Shown: positions 17,531 through 29,211, numbered from the stretch's first letter. The stretch: DNA of 63,733 bases from Dysosmobacter sp. (GCA_045659825.1 JAZRCP010000102.1:1-63733); one strand, 5' to 3'. Made by a program: numbers and translations. The notes: a model not told the origin generated them from the letters alone.

Positions 17531-19300
17531 TTACAGAGATGCGATGTGCTGGAGGTACTTCTTGCTGTATGCCTCGTAGAAGTCAGCGTATTCGCTGCCG
17601 CCCTCGCGAACGGCTTTGGAGTAGTCGTGGAGGTCCAGCTTCTGGTGGCTCAGCTCGATGACGCAGCCGGCAATGTTGGAGCAGTGGTCAGCCACACGGC
17701 CCAGATTGGTTAGCAGGTCAGACCAGACGAAGCCTGCCTCGATGGTGCATTCGCCCTTCTGCATCCGGAGGATATGGTGAGAACGCAGCTGCGCTTTCAG
17801 CGCGTCCACGATCTGCTTCAGGGGCTCCACTCGCATGGCGGCGGAGAGGTCGTTGGTCTCGTAAGCAGTGACAGCCAGATCCACCGTCTCGTTCAGGGCT
17901 TCCCGCAGAATGGCCAGTTCCTTCTGTGCCTGCGGGGTGAAGACGATGCCCTTGTCCCGCAGCTCCTCGGCGGAGGCGAGGATGCCCACGGCATGGTCGG
18001 AAATGCGTTCCAGGTCGCCGATCATGTGTAGCAGTTTGGCGGATTCGAGACTGTCGGCGTTGTTGAGGTCGTGGGTGCTCAGCTTGACCAGATAGCTGCC
18101 CAGTGTATCCTCGTAGTGGTCCGCTTTTGCCTCCGCCTTGCGGATGGCGGCGGCGCTGTCGGCGTCGTAGGCGTTGAGCTGCTCCAGTGCCTGCTTCAGG
18201 GACTGAATGGAGAGACTTGCCATGGTGCCGGTGACCACACGGCACTGCTCCAGTGCCACAGCGGGGGTGGTCATCAAACGCTCATCCAGTTCCACCGTTT
18301 CCTCGTCCTTCTCGGTGGCAGGCTCGGGGATCAGCTTGTAGGACAGCTTCTCCAGCAATCCGGAGGCAGGCAGCAGCATGGCGGTACAGAGGATGTTGAA
18401 GGTGGTGTGGGCGATGGCGATGGTGGTCTCGCTGGCGGTACCGTTCACAAAGCCGGACAGGTTGAACAGGGCCTGCGCCAGACAGAACAGCGTCAGCAGA
18501 ACCGCGGTGCCGATCACGTTGAAGGAAAGATGCACCAAAGAGGTGCGGCGGGCGTTGCGGTTGGTGCCGATGGAGGAGAGCATGGCGGTGACGCAGGTGC
18601 CGATGTTCTGACCCATGATGATGGGGATACTGGTGCCGACGGTGATCTGGCCCGTGGAGGACAATGCCTGCAGGATACCCACGGAGGCGGAGGAGGACTG
18701 GATGATGGCAGTCAGGATGGCACCGGCCAGCACACCGAGGATGGGGTTGGAGAACAGCAGCAGAATGTTGCGGAAGCCCTCAACCTCTTTCAGACCGGCT
18801 ACGGCGGCGCTCATGGTCTCCATACCCACCATCAGCGTGGCAAATCCCAGCAGAATGGTGGCAGTGTCCTTCTTCTTGCCGTTGGAGCCGGGAGCCATCA
18901 TCAAAATGATGCCGATCAGCGCTAAAACGGGGGTGAAGGAGGAGGGCTTGAGCAACTGGATGAACAGATTGCCGCTTTCAATGCCCGTCAGGCTCAGCAG
19001 CCATGCGGTGACCGTGGTGCCCACGTTAGCGCCCATGATGACGTTGATGGCCTGCTTGAGGGTCATAATGCCGGAGTTGACGAAGCCCACCACCATGACT
19101 GTAGTGGCGGAGGAGGACTGGATGATGGCGGTGACGCCAAGACCGGTCAGAAAGCCGGCCATCTTACCGGAGGTGAGCTTGCCCAAAAGGGTGGTCAGGC
19201 CGTGACCGGCACGGCGTTCCAATGCGGCACCCATCAGGTTCATGCCGAAGAGGAACAGACACAGTCCGCCGATCAGTTCCAGAATGTCAAATAGATCCAT
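17531..19300 (-). CDS. Na/Pi cotransporter with C-terminal PhoU domains
   Basis: Two QSSS..GxNxGT repeats; DLERISDH and RVADHCSNI. Confidence 0.93.
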   Translation of the reverse strand: MDLFDILELIGGLCLFLFGMNLMGAALERRAGHGLTTLLGKLTSGKMAGFLTGLGVTAIIQSSSATTVMVVGFVNSGIMTLKQAINVIMGANVGTTVTAWLLSLTGIESGNLFIQLLKPSSFTPVLALIGIILMMAPGSNGKKKDTATILLGFATLMVGMETMSAAVAGLKEVEGFRNILLLFSNPILGVLAGAILTAIIQSSSASVGILQALSSTGQITVGTSIPIIMGQNIGTCVTAMLSSIGTNRNARRTSLVHLSFNVIGTAVLLTLFCLAQALFNLSGFVNGTASETTIAIAHTTFNILCTAMLLPASGLLEKLSYKLIPEPATEKDEETVELDERLMTTPAVALEQCRVVTGTMASLSIQSLKQALEQLNAYDADSAAAIRKAEAKADHYEDTLGSYLVKLSTHDLNNADSLESAKLLHMIGDLERISDHAVGILASAEELRDKGIVFTPQAQKELAILREALNETVDLAVTAYETNDLSAAMRVEPLKQIVDALKAQLRSHHILRMQKGECTIEAGFVWSDLLTNLGRVADHCSNIAGCVIELSHQKLDLHDYSKAVREGGSEYADFYEAYSKKYLQHIASL

Positions 19301-19411
19301 AGATGATTTCCTTTTTCTTTCTGTAAAATTTCATGTAATTGTGGTTAGCTTTGTCCATCCTCAATATATCATGCAGAGCCTTGGAAAAAAAGCTTGGAGT
19401 TGTTTGGAATA

Positions 19412-19428
19412 TGTTAAGAAAGTGTTAA
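19412..19428 (-). promoter_or_regulatory. Pho-box-like direct repeat upstream of the Na/Pi symporter
   Basis: TTAACA-N5-TTAACA on the minus strand, 11-bp period as for Firmicute PhoP. Confidence 0.55.
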
Positions 19429-19571
19429 GATTATGGGGCGAATGGAGCAGATGTAATCGCGTCAGAACGGAAAAATAATTGCAAAAAACGGGGAAACGGA
19501 CGTGAAAAAAGCTTGCAGAGGCAGGAAAAGGATGGTACACTTTTTTACAGAACGCAGAAGGGAGGAGGGCC

Positions 19572-20234
19572 ATGTACCGCTACCTGTTTTTTGATCTGGA
19601 CGGCACCCTGACGGACTCTAAAGAGGGCATTATCAACAGTGTGCGCTATGCGTTGGAGAACATGAATTTGCCGATTCCGGAAACGACGGTTTTGCTGAAC
19701 TTTATCGGCCCGCCTCTGCATGAAGCGTATATGGAGTATTGCGGCCTGAGCCGCCAGCAGGCTCTGGAGGGCGTGACGCTGTTCCGGGAACGCTATAACG
19801 TGACCGGCTATCTGGAAAACGCGGCGGCACCGGGCATGCTGGAGCTGTGCCGGCGGCTGAAGGAGAAGGGCTTTGTGATGGCAGTGGCCTCCTCCAAGCC
19901 GGAGTGTATGTGCCTGCCCATTTGCCAGCGGTTCGGCTTTGCGGATGTGATGGATGTCATCGTGGGCAGTCAGCCCGGTGAAGACTGGAAGAAAGCCGAC
20001 GTGATCAGGGAAACCATGCGCCGCCTGCGCCTGACGGAGGCCGATAAGCCCTCCATTTTGATGATCGGCGACCGGAAATTCGACGTGCTGGGTGCCAAGG
20101 AATGTGGCATCGACTGCGCCGGTGTGGAGTTTTTCGGCTATGCGGCGACCGGTGAATTGAAGGATGCAGGCGCCGTGGCGGTGGCGGACACAGTGGACGC
20201 ACTGGAACAGTTCATTCTCCGGCACGCAGAATAA
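19572..20234 (+). CDS. HAD-IA hydrolase (phosphoglycolate phosphatase / 5'-nucleotidase-like)
   Basis: FDLDGTLTDS; MIGDRKFD. Confidence 0.9.
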   Translation: MYRYLFFDLDGTLTDSKEGIINSVRYALENMNLPIPETTVLLNFIGPPLHEAYMEYCGLSRQQALEGVTLFRERYNVTGYLENAAAPGMLELCRRLKEKGFVMAVASSKPECMCLPICQRFGFADVMDVIVGSQPGEDWKKADVIRETMRRLRLTEADKPSILMIGDRKFDVLGAKECGIDCAGVEFFGYAATGELKDAGAVAVADTVDALEQFILRHAE

Positions 20235-20295
20235 AAGAAGCAGAAAAAAGGACGTCCCGTCAGGGACGTCCTTTTTGTATGTATAGGGAACGGGT

Positions 20296-21591
20296 TCATT
20301 CTGTGTCTCCGGCATGCTCGATAGCACGGACTTCCTCCAGTGTTTTACCGACGACGGTGAGGTCAGCTTCCATCACCGGATTGACCGGAACCGCGAGGTA
20401 CATGTTGTTGCCGTAGATATAGGCACCGGAGGTAACCGCAATTACCTTGCCGTACTCGTTCAGCAGCGCACCGCCGCTGCTGCCCTGAGAGATGTCGGCG
20501 CTGTTGACCACGCAGGGGAGCTGATAGCCCTCCACATCGTGGGCGGTGGAGCCGATGATGCCGCTGCTGATGGCAAGCCCCAGCCCCAGCGGATTGCTGA
20601 TGGCATAGACGATGTCGCCGTTACAAATCTCGCTGGTGCCTTCCAGCTCCAGATAAGCAAAGGCAGAGGTGGTTTTCAGCTCCTTGGAGGTACGGGAGAC
20701 CCGGATCACGGCAATGTCGATCTCTGTATCGTAGTAGAGGACTTCCTCAATGGGATAGACCTCGCCGCTGGCGGTGGTGGCCATGGCATAGGCTGCACCG
20801 TCGATGGAGTGGTAATTGGTGACTGCCAGACCGTCCGGGGAGATGAAAAAGCCTGAGGCGTTGCCGCTGGGCAGTTCGGCGTACATCTGGTCGATGGTCC
20901 CGAACGTGTCCATGCAGAATACGGCGGCCATGTGGCGGTCAGCGATCTGACGGGCGGTGAGCTGCTTGTTCAGCAGACCCAGTGCATTGGCGGCGGCTTT
21001 GGAGCAGTTGCCCTGCCGCACCAACCGTTCGATCACGGTCTCGCTGCCGTCCTTGTAGGAGAAAAACAGCGCATCGTACATCGTCTCGAACACATCGCCC
21101 CGGGTCATGGGGCCCTCATAGCTTCGCGAGACCAGGCCGATGCGGCGGGCAAAGGCGGCGGCGTCGGACACGGCGAAGTCACCGGCCTGATCGCTGTATC
21201 CCAGCATCCGCAGCAGCATGGTGCACCATGCGTTGGCGGTGAGGGCGTTGTCAGGTTTGAAGTCCAGCACTGTCACACCGGTGATCCAGCCCTGATGGGC
21301 GGCGTAGGTGATGGGGGTATAGGCCCAGTCCGGCACATCCCGGAAGCCGGAGATCCAGAGATCATTTCGGGCGGCCTCCTCCGCACCGGCCAGACGCACC
21401 AGCAGCACGGCGGCGTGGGCACGGGTGGCGGGGGCATTTAGCGCATAGCCGTTGGCATTTCCCTGAACAAGGCCCAGGGTGGCCAGTGTGTCCGCGGCGC
21501 GGGCGGTGTCGCCCTCCAGCGCACCGGCGGAGGGAACTACACCCAGCAGCAACAGCAGGGCACAGAGAAGTGCGGTGAAACGGATTTTCAT
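20296..21591 (-). CDS. Secreted S-layer-homology protein with trypsin-like serine protease domain
   Basis: Signal peptide; FRDVPDWA and TRGD SLH-like segments; TNYH, DIAVI, GSSGG triad. Confidence 0.85.
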   Translation of the reverse strand: MKIRFTALLCALLLLLGVVPSAGALEGDTARAADTLATLGLVQGNANGYALNAPATRAHAAVLLVRLAGAEEAARNDLWISGFRDVPDWAYTPITYAAHQGWITGVTVLDFKPDNALTANAWCTMLLRMLGYSDQAGDFAVSDAAAFARRIGLVSRSYEGPMTRGDVFETMYDALFFSYKDGSETVIERLVRQGNCSKAAANALGLLNKQLTARQIADRHMAAVFCMDTFGTIDQMYAELPSGNASGFFISPDGLAVTNYHSIDGAAYAMATTASGEVYPIEEVLYYDTEIDIAVIRVSRTSKELKTTSAFAYLELEGTSEICNGDIVYAISNPLGLGLAISSGIIGSTAHDVEGYQLPCVVNSADISQGSSGGALLNEYGKVIAVTSGAYIYGNNMYLAVPVNPVMEADLTVVGKTLEEVRAIEHAGDTE

Positions 21592-21745
21592 AGGGGGTTC
21601 CTCCAGTGATTTTCATGGTGCCATTTTAGCACTGCCCCGGTGGTTTCGCAAGCTTTTCGCGAAGCGGGGCTCCCATCTGGACAGAGGGGCCAAACCTTGC
21701 TATACTGGCGTTAACCATGAATTTACCGTAAAGGAGAACGCGGAA

Positions 21746-22405
21746 ATGGAATTGAAAGAGATCCTGAGCAAATGCGACCATACCCTGCTGGCCCAGACCG
21801 CCACATGGGATGAGATCCGCGCCATCTGTGACGATGGCATCAAATACGGCTGCGCCAGCGTGTGCATCCCCGCCAGCTTTGTGAAGCAGGCCGCGGCGTA
21901 TGTGGAGGGTAAGCTGCCCATCTGCACCGTCATCGGATTCCCCAACGGATATGCCACCACCGCCTCCAAGTGCTTTATGACTGCCGATGCCGTGGTAAAC
22001 GGCGCGGACGAGGTGGATATGGTCATCAACATCGGTTGGGTGAAGGAGCAGAAGTGGGACGAACTGCTGGAGGAGATCCGTGAGATCAAGGCTGCCTGCA
22101 ACGGCAAGCTGCTAAAGGTCATCATTGAGTGCTGCTTCCTGACGGACGAGGAGAAGATCAAGCTGTGCGAGATCGTTACTGCCTCCGGCGCGGACTATAT
22201 CAAGACCTCTACCGGCTTTGGCGGCGGCGGAGCCACCCGAGAGGATGTGGCCCTGTTTGCAAAGCATGTGGGTCCCAACGTGAAGATCAAGGCCGCCGGC
22301 GGCATCGCCAATCTGCAGGATGCGGAGGATTTCATCAACCTCGGCGCATCCCGCCTCGGCACCAGCCGCGTGGTGAAAGCTGTCAAGGCACAGGAAAACC
22401 AATAA
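21746..22405 (+). CDS. deoC: Deoxyribose-phosphate aldolase
   Basis: [34 protein letters not shown]. Confidence 0.96.
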   Translation: MELKEILSKCDHTLLAQTATWDEIRAICDDGIKYGCASVCIPASFVKQAAAYVEGKLPICTVIGFPNGYATTASKCFMTADAVVNGADEVDMVINIGWVKEQKWDELLEEIREIKAACNGKLLKVIIECCFLTDEEKIKLCEIVTASGADYIKTSTGFGGGGATREDVALFAKHVGPNVKIKAAGGIANLQDAEDFINLGASRLGTSRVVKAVKAQENQ

Positions 22406-22450
22406 AGACCCAAAAAATGTCCTCTCCACACGGAGAGGATATTTTTTGCT

Positions 22451-23359
22451 TCAAAACAAGACAGGCACGGCCGCGGCGGCAAGAATGGCGGAAAGAAGCC
22501 CCTGCATGAGCTTTCCTTTCAGGCAGCAGCGCAGGCGCAAAGGGGTGCCGTCCAGCGCGGCGGCGGTCTGAGCCAGCACGGAAAGTCCCCCCCAGCCGCT
22601 CATGCCTGCCGCCAGCAGAAAGCTGAAGGCATCGTTTTGCAGCATAGGCGTGAGGGAAAACAGCTCCACTGCCCCCACCAGCGCTGCCGCCGTCCGCCCA
22701 CCAAGGCCTTTCAGCGGGGCGACCAGCACATAGAACAGCACCACAAACGCGCAGATGGACAGCATCCCTGCCGCGGCGTCCCGCACCGAGGAGACGAAGG
22801 CGGACGCAAAGGACGGGGGCGCAGCCACAGGGCGGTGGCTGCCGCGGCGAAGAGCGGGTGCTTTTTTACCGCGAAAGAGAAGCCCTGTCAAAAGGGCGGA
22901 GAGAATGTGGATGAGCCACAGCCAAAGGCCGGTCCGCGCACTGCCGAACACCCCTGCCCCCAGCAGGCTGATGAGAAAGGCGGGGTTGGAATTGTTGCAG
23001 AAGGCCAGCAGCCGTTCCGTCTCCTCCTGTGTCAGCGCACCTTGTTTGTATAACTCTACCGCTGTGCGGGCTCCGATGGGATACCCGCCTGCAAGCCCCA
23101 GCATGAGTGCGCTGCCCGCGCTGCCGGGCAGGCGAAAAAGGGGTGTCATCAGCCCGGAGAGCAAGGGGGAGAGCCAGTCTCCGAACCCCATGGCCACCAG
23201 CAGGCCGGATACGGCCAGAAAGGGGAACAGTGCGGGGATCACGGACGCGGCACACAGGGCCAGCGCCTCGGACGCGGCAGAGCGCAGATGGACGGCGTCC
23301 GTCAGGAACCAGATCAGTACGGCGCAGAGGATCAGGCAGAGATTGCTTCGCTTTTTCAT
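22451..23359 (-). CDS. ylbJ: Sporulation integral membrane protein YlbJ-like
   Basis: VIPALFPF, GGYPIGA, FCNNSNPAF, GWGGLSV. Confidence 0.8.
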   Translation of the reverse strand: MKKRSNLCLILCAVLIWFLTDAVHLRSAASEALALCAASVIPALFPFLAVSGLLVAMGFGDWLSPLLSGLMTPLFRLPGSAGSALMLGLAGGYPIGARTAVELYKQGALTQEETERLLAFCNNSNPAFLISLLGAGVFGSARTGLWLWLIHILSALLTGLLFRGKKAPALRRGSHRPVAAPPSFASAFVSSVRDAAAGMLSICAFVVLFYVLVAPLKGLGGRTAAALVGAVELFSLTPMLQNDAFSFLLAAGMSGWGGLSVLAQTAAALDGTPLRLRCCLKGKLMQGLLSAILAAAAVPVLF

Positions 23360-23439
23360 ACACATCACCGCAAAATCCTATGCGCGGCGGGCAAGTTTCA
23401 GACCCGCGGCACATAGAGTAAAGGCGAGGTGAAGCCTGT

Positions 23440-23742
23440 ATGGAACGAAAACGAAAAGCGTGGAGCAGCGGCGTGATGGACAGCGTGGCGGAACTGTTTG
23501 ACCTGCCTGCGGACATTATAGCGGGCCTGCCCCATCTGGAACTGGTAGGCAACCGGCAGCTATTTTTAGAGCGCCACACGGGAATTCTAAGTTACAGTGA
23601 GGAACAGATCGACGTGAATACCGTCTCCGGCGTGGTGCGGGTGCGGGGACAGCGGCTGACCCTCGTGGCCATGACGGCGGAGGAGGTGCGCATCGGCGGT
23701 GTGATCTCCGCTGTGGAACTGGTGGGGGCGGAGCCATGCTGA
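23440..23742 (+). CDS. yqfC: YabP/YqfC family sporulation protein
   Basis: DLPADII..ERHTGILSYS; lies upstream of yqfD-phoH. Confidence 0.85.
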   Translation: MERKRKAWSSGVMDSVAELFDLPADIIAGLPHLELVGNRQLFLERHTGILSYSEEQIDVNTVSGVVRVRGQRLTLVAMTAEEVRIGGVISAVELVGAEPC

Positions 23743-24938
23743 AGGAGGTCGTCAACCGCCTGCGGGGACAGGTGCGCATCCGGGTGGAGTGCGCCTTTCC
23801 CGAACGGGTCCTGAATCTTTGCAGCGCCAGAAATTTGGCTTTCTGGGACCTTGCGTGGGAATCGCCTACGGCTTTTACCTGCCGCCTGTCCCGTCAGGAC
23901 CTTCGGGCGCTTCGCCGCTCGGCAGAGAAGCTGAGTTGCACCATCGAGGTGCTGCGGCGGGAGGGAGCGCCCTATTTTTTCAGCCGCTTCCGCCGCCGCA
24001 CGGCGCTGTGGGTAGGTTTGGTGGCCTGTGGACTTGGTCTGTTTCTCGGCTCCTTTTTTATCTGGGAATTTGAGATTGAGGGCAACACCACCGTGCCGGA
24101 TACCGCCATTCTCCGTGCGCTGGAACGCTGCGGTGTCCGGCGCGGCACCTTCGGCCTTTCGCTGGACGGAGAGGACCTGCGCAACCATGTGCTGTTGGAA
24201 CTGCCGCAGCTTTGCTGGCTGGCTGTCAATGTCTCCGGCTGCCGCGCCCACGTGCAGGTGCGGGAGCGCATCGATGCCCCGTTGCTGCTGAATGAGGCCA
24301 CGCCCACCAACATCGTGGCCCGGCGGAGTGGACTTATCCTGCGGGTGGAGGCGCTGGACGGCGTGCAGTGCGTGCTCCCCGGCAGCGCCGTCACGGAGGG
24401 ACAGCTGCTGATCTCCGGCGTGGAGGATATGGAGACCTTCGGCGCCCGCACTGCGGCAGGACGGGGCACTGTCACCGCCCGGACGTGGTACGCCCTGACT
24501 ACCTCCGTTCCGCTCAGCGGTACCGAGCGGCAGTACACGGGGACGGAGACCACCTGCGCGGCCGTCGTCATCGGCACGCGGCGGATAAAATTCTTTGCAA
24601 ACAGTAGCATCGAAGATACAAAATATGATAAAATAACAAAAAGACATGCCTGTGCCCTCTTTGGCGTGCCGCTGCCGGTCACATGGGTGACGGAAACTCT
24701 CCGGTTTTACGAGCCGGTTTCCGTGACGCGGGATGTCGTGGCGGCCGAGCACGCGGCGGAAGAGGCCCTGACAGGATATCTCCACGCGCTGGTGGCACCC
24801 TATGGAGAAGTGAAAAGCACCCTCTGCACCTCCCGCCAAAAGGGCGATGTGCTGGAAGTGACGCTGACGGCGGAGTGTGTGGAGTCGATTGGCAGAAGCG
24901 TGCCGATTTTGACGGAAGAAGCGGAGAACGATCCGTAA
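23736..24938 (+). CDS. yqfD: Stage IV sporulation protein YqfD
   Basis: FIWEFEIEGN, NIVARRSG, GQLLISG; conserved synteny. Confidence 0.88.
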   Translation: MLKEVVNRLRGQVRIRVECAFPERVLNLCSARNLAFWDLAWESPTAFTCRLSRQDLRALRRSAEKLSCTIEVLRREGAPYFFSRFRRRTALWVGLVACGLGLFLGSFFIWEFEIEGNTTVPDTAILRALERCGVRRGTFGLSLDGEDLRNHVLLELPQLCWLAVNVSGCRAHVQVRERIDAPLLLNEATPTNIVARRSGLILRVEALDGVQCVLPGSAVTEGQLLISGVEDMETFGARTAAGRGTVTARTWYALTTSVPLSGTERQYTGTETTCAAVVIGTRRIKFFANSSIEDTKYDKITKRHACALFGVPLPVTWVTETLRFYEPVSVTRDVVAAEHAAEEALTGYLHALVAPYGEVKSTLCTSRQKGDVLEVTLTAECVESIGRSVPILTEEAENDP

Positions 24939-24952
24939 GATACAGGAGTGAA

Positions 24953-25936
24953 GTGAATTTGGAACAGAGAATCAGCATTGAACGTCTGGAACAGGTCGTG
25001 AACATTTTTGGTTCATTTGATGAGAATATCCGCCTGCTGGAGCAGGAGTTTTCCGTCACCGTGGTGAACCGCGAGGGCGAACTGCGGGTAGAGGGCGAAC
25101 CGGAGGACACCATGCTGGCCTGCAAGGCTATTCAGGCATTGCTGACCCTCTCTGCCCGCGGCGAGAGCATCGGCGAGCAGAATGTGCGCTACGTCATCGG
25201 ACTGGTGCGCGCGGGCAAGGAGGAGCAGGTGACGGAGCTGACCGGCGATGTGCTGTGTATCTCCGCCAAGGGTCGTCCCATCAAGCCCAAGACCATCGGC
25301 CAGAAGGAGTATATCAAGTCGGTGCTGAGCAACACCATCACCATCGGCGTAGGCCCTGCCGGTACCGGCAAGACCTACCTTGCCGTGGCGGCGGCGGTGC
25401 AGGCCTTCCGTGACAAGCAGGTCAACCGCATCATCCTCACTCGCCCTGCGGTGGAGGCCGGCGAGCGCCTGGGCTTCCTGCCCGGCGACCTGCAGAGCAA
25501 GGTAGACCCCTACCTGCGACCCCTGTACGACGCCCTCTTTGACATGCTGGGCGCCGAGACCTATCAGAAGTATTTGGAGCGGGGCAACATTGAAGTGGCA
25601 CCGCTGGCCTATATGCGCGGCCGCACGCTGGACGACAGCTTCATCATCCTCGACGAGGCCCAGAACACCTCCCGCGAGCAGATGAAGATGTTCCTGACCC
25701 GCTTGGGCTTTGGCTCTAAGATCGTCATTACCGGCGACGTGACCCAGATCGACCTGCCCGACGGCAAGGCTTCCGGCCTCAAGGAGGCCATGCGGGTTCT
25801 CCGGGATGTGGAGGGCATCGGCATCTGCCAGCTGACCAATTCCGACGTGGTGCGTCATGTGATGGTGCAGCGCATCGTCAAGGCCTATGAGGACTATGAA
25901 AACGCCAAAAACGGCGGAAAGGGGAAGAAAGCATGA
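24953..25936 (+). CDS. phoH: PhoH-family ATPase
   Basis: [28 protein letters not shown]; start GTG 24953 or TTG 24959. Confidence 0.95.
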   Translation: MNLEQRISIERLEQVVNIFGSFDENIRLLEQEFSVTVVNREGELRVEGEPEDTMLACKAIQALLTLSARGESIGEQNVRYVIGLVRAGKEEQVTELTGDVLCISAKGRPIKPKTIGQKEYIKSVLSNTITIGVGPAGTGKTYLAVAAAVQAFRDKQVNRIILTRPAVEAGERLGFLPGDLQSKVDPYLRPLYDALFDMLGAETYQKYLERGNIEVAPLAYMRGRTLDDSFIILDEAQNTSREQMKMFLTRLGFGSKIVITGDVTQIDLPDGKASGLKEAMRVLRDVEGIGICQLTNSDVVRHVMVQRIVKAYEDYENAKNGGKGKKA

Positions 25937-26433
25937 GAAAGACCCACTATCTCCCTGTCACCGCCGATGTACCGGTGGCAAATGAAAGAGCGGTTGCCGC
26001 TCTGATCCGCAAGGTGATTCGCACGGCGCTGGCGGCGGAGGGCATGACTTATCCCTGTGAGGTGAATGTGAATCTCACCGATGACGCGGGCATCCATGAG
26101 ATCAACCGCGAGATGCGAAATGTGGACCGCCCCACCGATGTGCTGAGCTTTCCCGTATTTGACCTCACCCCCGGTGAACTGCCGGATGAGCTGGACGCCG
26201 ATCCCGGCTCCGGACTCATTCCCTTGGGCGACATGGTGATTTCCATGGAGCACGCGGCGGTACAAGCGGTGGAATACGGCCACTCCCAGAAGCGGGAGCT
26301 GGCGTACTTAGTGACCCATTCCGTGCTGCATCTGCTGGGCTACGACCATCTGGACGAGGGCGAGCAGAAGAAGCAGATGCGGGCGCGGGAGGAAGCCATT
26401 TTAGCAGAGCTTGGTATTACACGGGAGGATTGA
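25933..26433 (+). CDS. ybeY: rRNA maturation endoribonuclease YbeY
   Basis: PTDVLSFP; HSVLHLLGYDH. Confidence 0.96.
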   Translation: MRKTHYLPVTADVPVANERAVAALIRKVIRTALAAEGMTYPCEVNVNLTDDAGIHEINREMRNVDRPTDVLSFPVFDLTPGELPDELDADPGSGLIPLGDMVISMEHAAVQAVEYGHSQKRELAYLVTHSVLHLLGYDHLDEGEQKKQMRAREEAILAELGITRED

Positions 26434-26437
26434 ACCC

Positions 26438-26611
26438 ATGAAAAAGGAAGATTTGTTTGCCTGTCTGGATCAGGCCAGCGCTGCCTTTGCACAGCGGGTG
26501 CAGGAAGCGGCTGTGGAACCGGAACTGGAGCAGGAAGAGGACGATTTTGAACTGCAGATGCAGGAAGAGGAACTGGCTGCGCTGGTGGCCAAGGAACTGG
26601 GTCTGCTGTAA
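26438..26611 (+). CDS. Small acidic hypothetical protein, 57 aa
   Basis: RBS GGAGG; fills the gap in the operon. Confidence 0.6.
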   Translation: MKKEDLFACLDQASAAFAQRVQEAAVEPELEQEEDDFELQMQEEELAALVAKELGLL

Positions 26612-26660
26612 CGCACACCGGACGAGCTGCGGCACATACACTGTCCTGAGGTGATTTGGG

Positions 26661-26993
26661 ATGGTATTGCTGCAAGAGGGACTGGTGGCCTTTCTCTCCG
26701 CTGTGGGGCTGACCACGGTGGTGTGGCTGGCGGCGGGTGCGCTGCTGCACACCGGCAGGCCCGCGATCCCGGGACTGCTGCTGGTGCTGCCCCTGCGGGG
26801 GGAGGCGCTGGCTATGGAGTCGGATGTGCGGGAACTGCGGCGGGTGCAGAACCGTCTGCCGGGGGCGAAAATTTTACTGGCGGACTGCGGCCTCAGCGAG
26901 GATGCCCGGGGTCTTGCCCAGTATCTGGCGGACCGGCAGGAGGATGCCGCGCTGCTGGACGCCAAGGATATTCAACTATTCAACGGAAGTTAA
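26661..26993 (+). CDS. Hypothetical protein with N-terminal TM segment
   Basis: RBS GAGGTGA; operonic position. Confidence 0.7.
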   Translation: MVLLQEGLVAFLSAVGLTTVVWLAAGALLHTGRPAIPGLLLVLPLRGEALAMESDVRELRRVQNRLPGAKILLADCGLSEDARGLAQYLADRQEDAALLDAKDIQLFNGS

Positions 26994-27006
26994 AGGAACG
27001 AAACGC

Positions 27007-29211
27007 ATGGAAGAGCTGACCTGCTGCGCAGGCACCGTACATAGTGTCATTTTTCAAAACGCGGAAAACGGCTATACGGTCCTCCGCCTCCTCACCGAGG
27101 AGGGGGAGGTCGTTACCGTGGTGGGCTGTATTCCCTGTGCCGCGCCGGGCGAACGGCTGACGGTGTCCGGTGTGTGGGAGCAGCACTCCCAACACGGCGA
27201 GCAGCTGCGGGCCATGGAAGTGGACCGGGCCCTGCCGGAGGACGAGGACGAGATCTTCAACTATCTTTGCTCCGGCGTCTGTAAGGGCGTGGGCCCTGCC
27301 ACTGCCCGCCGCATTGTGGAGCGCTTCGGCACCGATACGCTGGACGTGCTGGAGCGGGAACCGGAGCGGCTGAGCCTGCTGAAGGGCATCACCGCCAAAA
27401 AGGCACAGGAGATCGCCGACAGCTTCCGCCGCCATTTGGGGCTGCGGCGGCTGATGCACTTCCTCGCCCAGTACCAGCTGCCGCCCGTTCTGGCCATGCT
27501 GCTGCGCCAGCGCTACGGCGAAGCGGCACTGGAGATGGTAAAGGACAACCCCTATCTTCTCTCCGCCGACGGCTGCGGCGTGCAGTTTTCCGTCACGGAT
27601 GAGATCGCCATGAGCATGGGAATGGCTGCCGACAGCGAGGAACGGCTGCAGGCGGCTGTGACCTTTGAACTGGCCCACAACGAAAATAACGGGCATGTAT
27701 TTTTGCCCCGCAATAAATTAGTGGATGCCACCTGTCGCCTGCTGGACTGCGGCAGTGAGGCCGTGGAACAGGCGCTGGACGCCCTGATCGAAAAACGGGT
27801 GGTGGTGCAGGAGCCGTTGGCCAATGTGGAGGCTTGCTACCTGCGCCGGCTCTGGGAGGCGGAAGTTTCCGCCTGTGCCAGACTGAACAATCTGCTCGCC
27901 GCAGAGACGGATGTAAGCCGTCAGGTCCAGCGGGTCATTTCCGAGATTGAGACTTCCGCCGGAATCACCTATGCCGCCCAACAGCGGCAGGCTGTGGAAC
28001 TGGCGGCAACATGCGGCGTGCTGATTTTGACCGGCGGCCCCGGTACCGGCAAGACCACCACGGTGCGGGGCATCGTGGCGCTGTTTCAGCGGATGGGACT
28101 GGACATCGTGCTGGCGGCTCCCACAGGCCGCGCGGCCAAGCGCATGAGCGAACTGGCAGGGCTGGAGGCCCAGACCATCCATCGCCTGCTTGGCATGAAG
28201 TGGGACGAGGCTACCCGTCAGGTGACGTTCCAGAAGAGTGAGCAGGAGCCGTTGGAGGCGGATGCCGTCATCGTGGACGAGATGAGCATGGTGGACCTGA
28301 GCCTGTTTTCCGCCCTGCTGAGGTCTCTGCGGCCGGGAACCCGACTGGTGCTGGTGGGCGATGCCGACCAGCTGCCCTCCGTGGGGGCGGGCAATGTCTT
28401 TTCCGATCTCATTCGCAGCAAGCGGGTGGAGACGGTCTTTTTGCGGGAGGTGTTCCGTCAGGCGGAACGCTCCGCCATTATCCGCAACGCCCATAAGGTC
28501 AATCTGGGTGAGCCGCCGGTGCTGACCAACGATCAGGACGATTTCTTCTTCCTCTGCCGACGGGACGGCGAACGGGCGGCAGCCACGGTGGTGGAACTGT
28601 GCAAAACCCGCCTGCCGGAGAAAATGGGCATCCCTGTGGAGCACATTCAGGTGCTGACCCCAACCCGCAAGGGCCCCTGCGGGACCCTGAACTTAAATCG
28701 CCTCCTGCAGGAGGCGCTGAATCCACGCAGAAGCGACCGGCGGGAGATCCAGTGGGGGGAGCGGCTGTTCCGCGAGGGCGACCGCATCATGCAGACCCGC
28801 AACGACTACGATGTGGTCTGGGGCAAAGAGGACGGCACCATCGGCACCGGCATTTTCAACGGCGACGTGGGCCGCATCGTGCAGATCGACCCCAGCGGCG
28901 AGTGGCTGGCGGTGGACTTTGACGGCCGCAGCGCCACCTATGGCGTGGAAATGCTCAGTGAGGTGGATCTGGCCTATGCCCAGACAGTCCATAAGGCACA
29001 GGGCAGCGAGTACCCTTGTGTGGTGTTGGCGGCCATGCCCTCCGCGCCCAGTTTGATGGTGCGGGGCGTGCTGTATACCGCCCTGACCCGCGCGCGGGAG
29101 CTGCTGATCGTGGTGGGCGACGATGCTGCTATTCGCGCCATGGCCGCCAACGACAAGCAGCAAAAGCGCTACTCCGGCTTGAAGTGGAGGCTGTCCCACA
29201 ACGGCGAATAA
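27007..29211 (+). CDS. recD2: ATP-dependent RecD-like helicase RecD2
   Basis: GGPGTGKT, APTGRAAKR, VDEMSM, GDADQLPSV, TVHKAQGSE. Confidence 0.95.
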   Translation: MEELTCCAGTVHSVIFQNAENGYTVLRLLTEEGEVVTVVGCIPCAAPGERLTVSGVWEQHSQHGEQLRAMEVDRALPEDEDEIFNYLCSGVCKGVGPATARRIVERFGTDTLDVLEREPERLSLLKGITAKKAQEIADSFRRHLGLRRLMHFLAQYQLPPVLAMLLRQRYGEAALEMVKDNPYLLSADGCGVQFSVTDEIAMSMGMAADSEERLQAAVTFELAHNENNGHVFLPRNKLVDATCRLLDCGSEAVEQALDALIEKRVVVQEPLANVEACYLRRLWEAEVSACARLNNLLAAETDVSRQVQRVISEIETSAGITYAAQQRQAVELAATCGVLILTGGPGTGKTTTVRGIVALFQRMGLDIVLAAPTGRAAKRMSELAGLEAQTIHRLLGMKWDEATRQVTFQKSEQEPLEADAVIVDEMSMVDLSLFSALLRSLRPGTRLVLVGDADQLPSVGAGNVFSDLIRSKRVETVFLREVFRQAERSAIIRNAHKVNLGEPPVLTNDQDDFFFLCRRDGERAAATVVELCKTRLPEKMGIPVEHIQVLTPTRKGPCGTLNLNRLLQEALNPRRSDRREIQWGERLFREGDRIMQTRNDYDVVWGKEDGTIGTGIFNGDVGRIVQIDPSGEWLAVDFDGRSATYGVEMLSEVDLAYAQTVHKAQGSEYPCVVLAAMPSAPSLMVRGVLYTALTRARELLIVVGDDAAIRAMAANDKQQKRYSGLKWRLSHNGE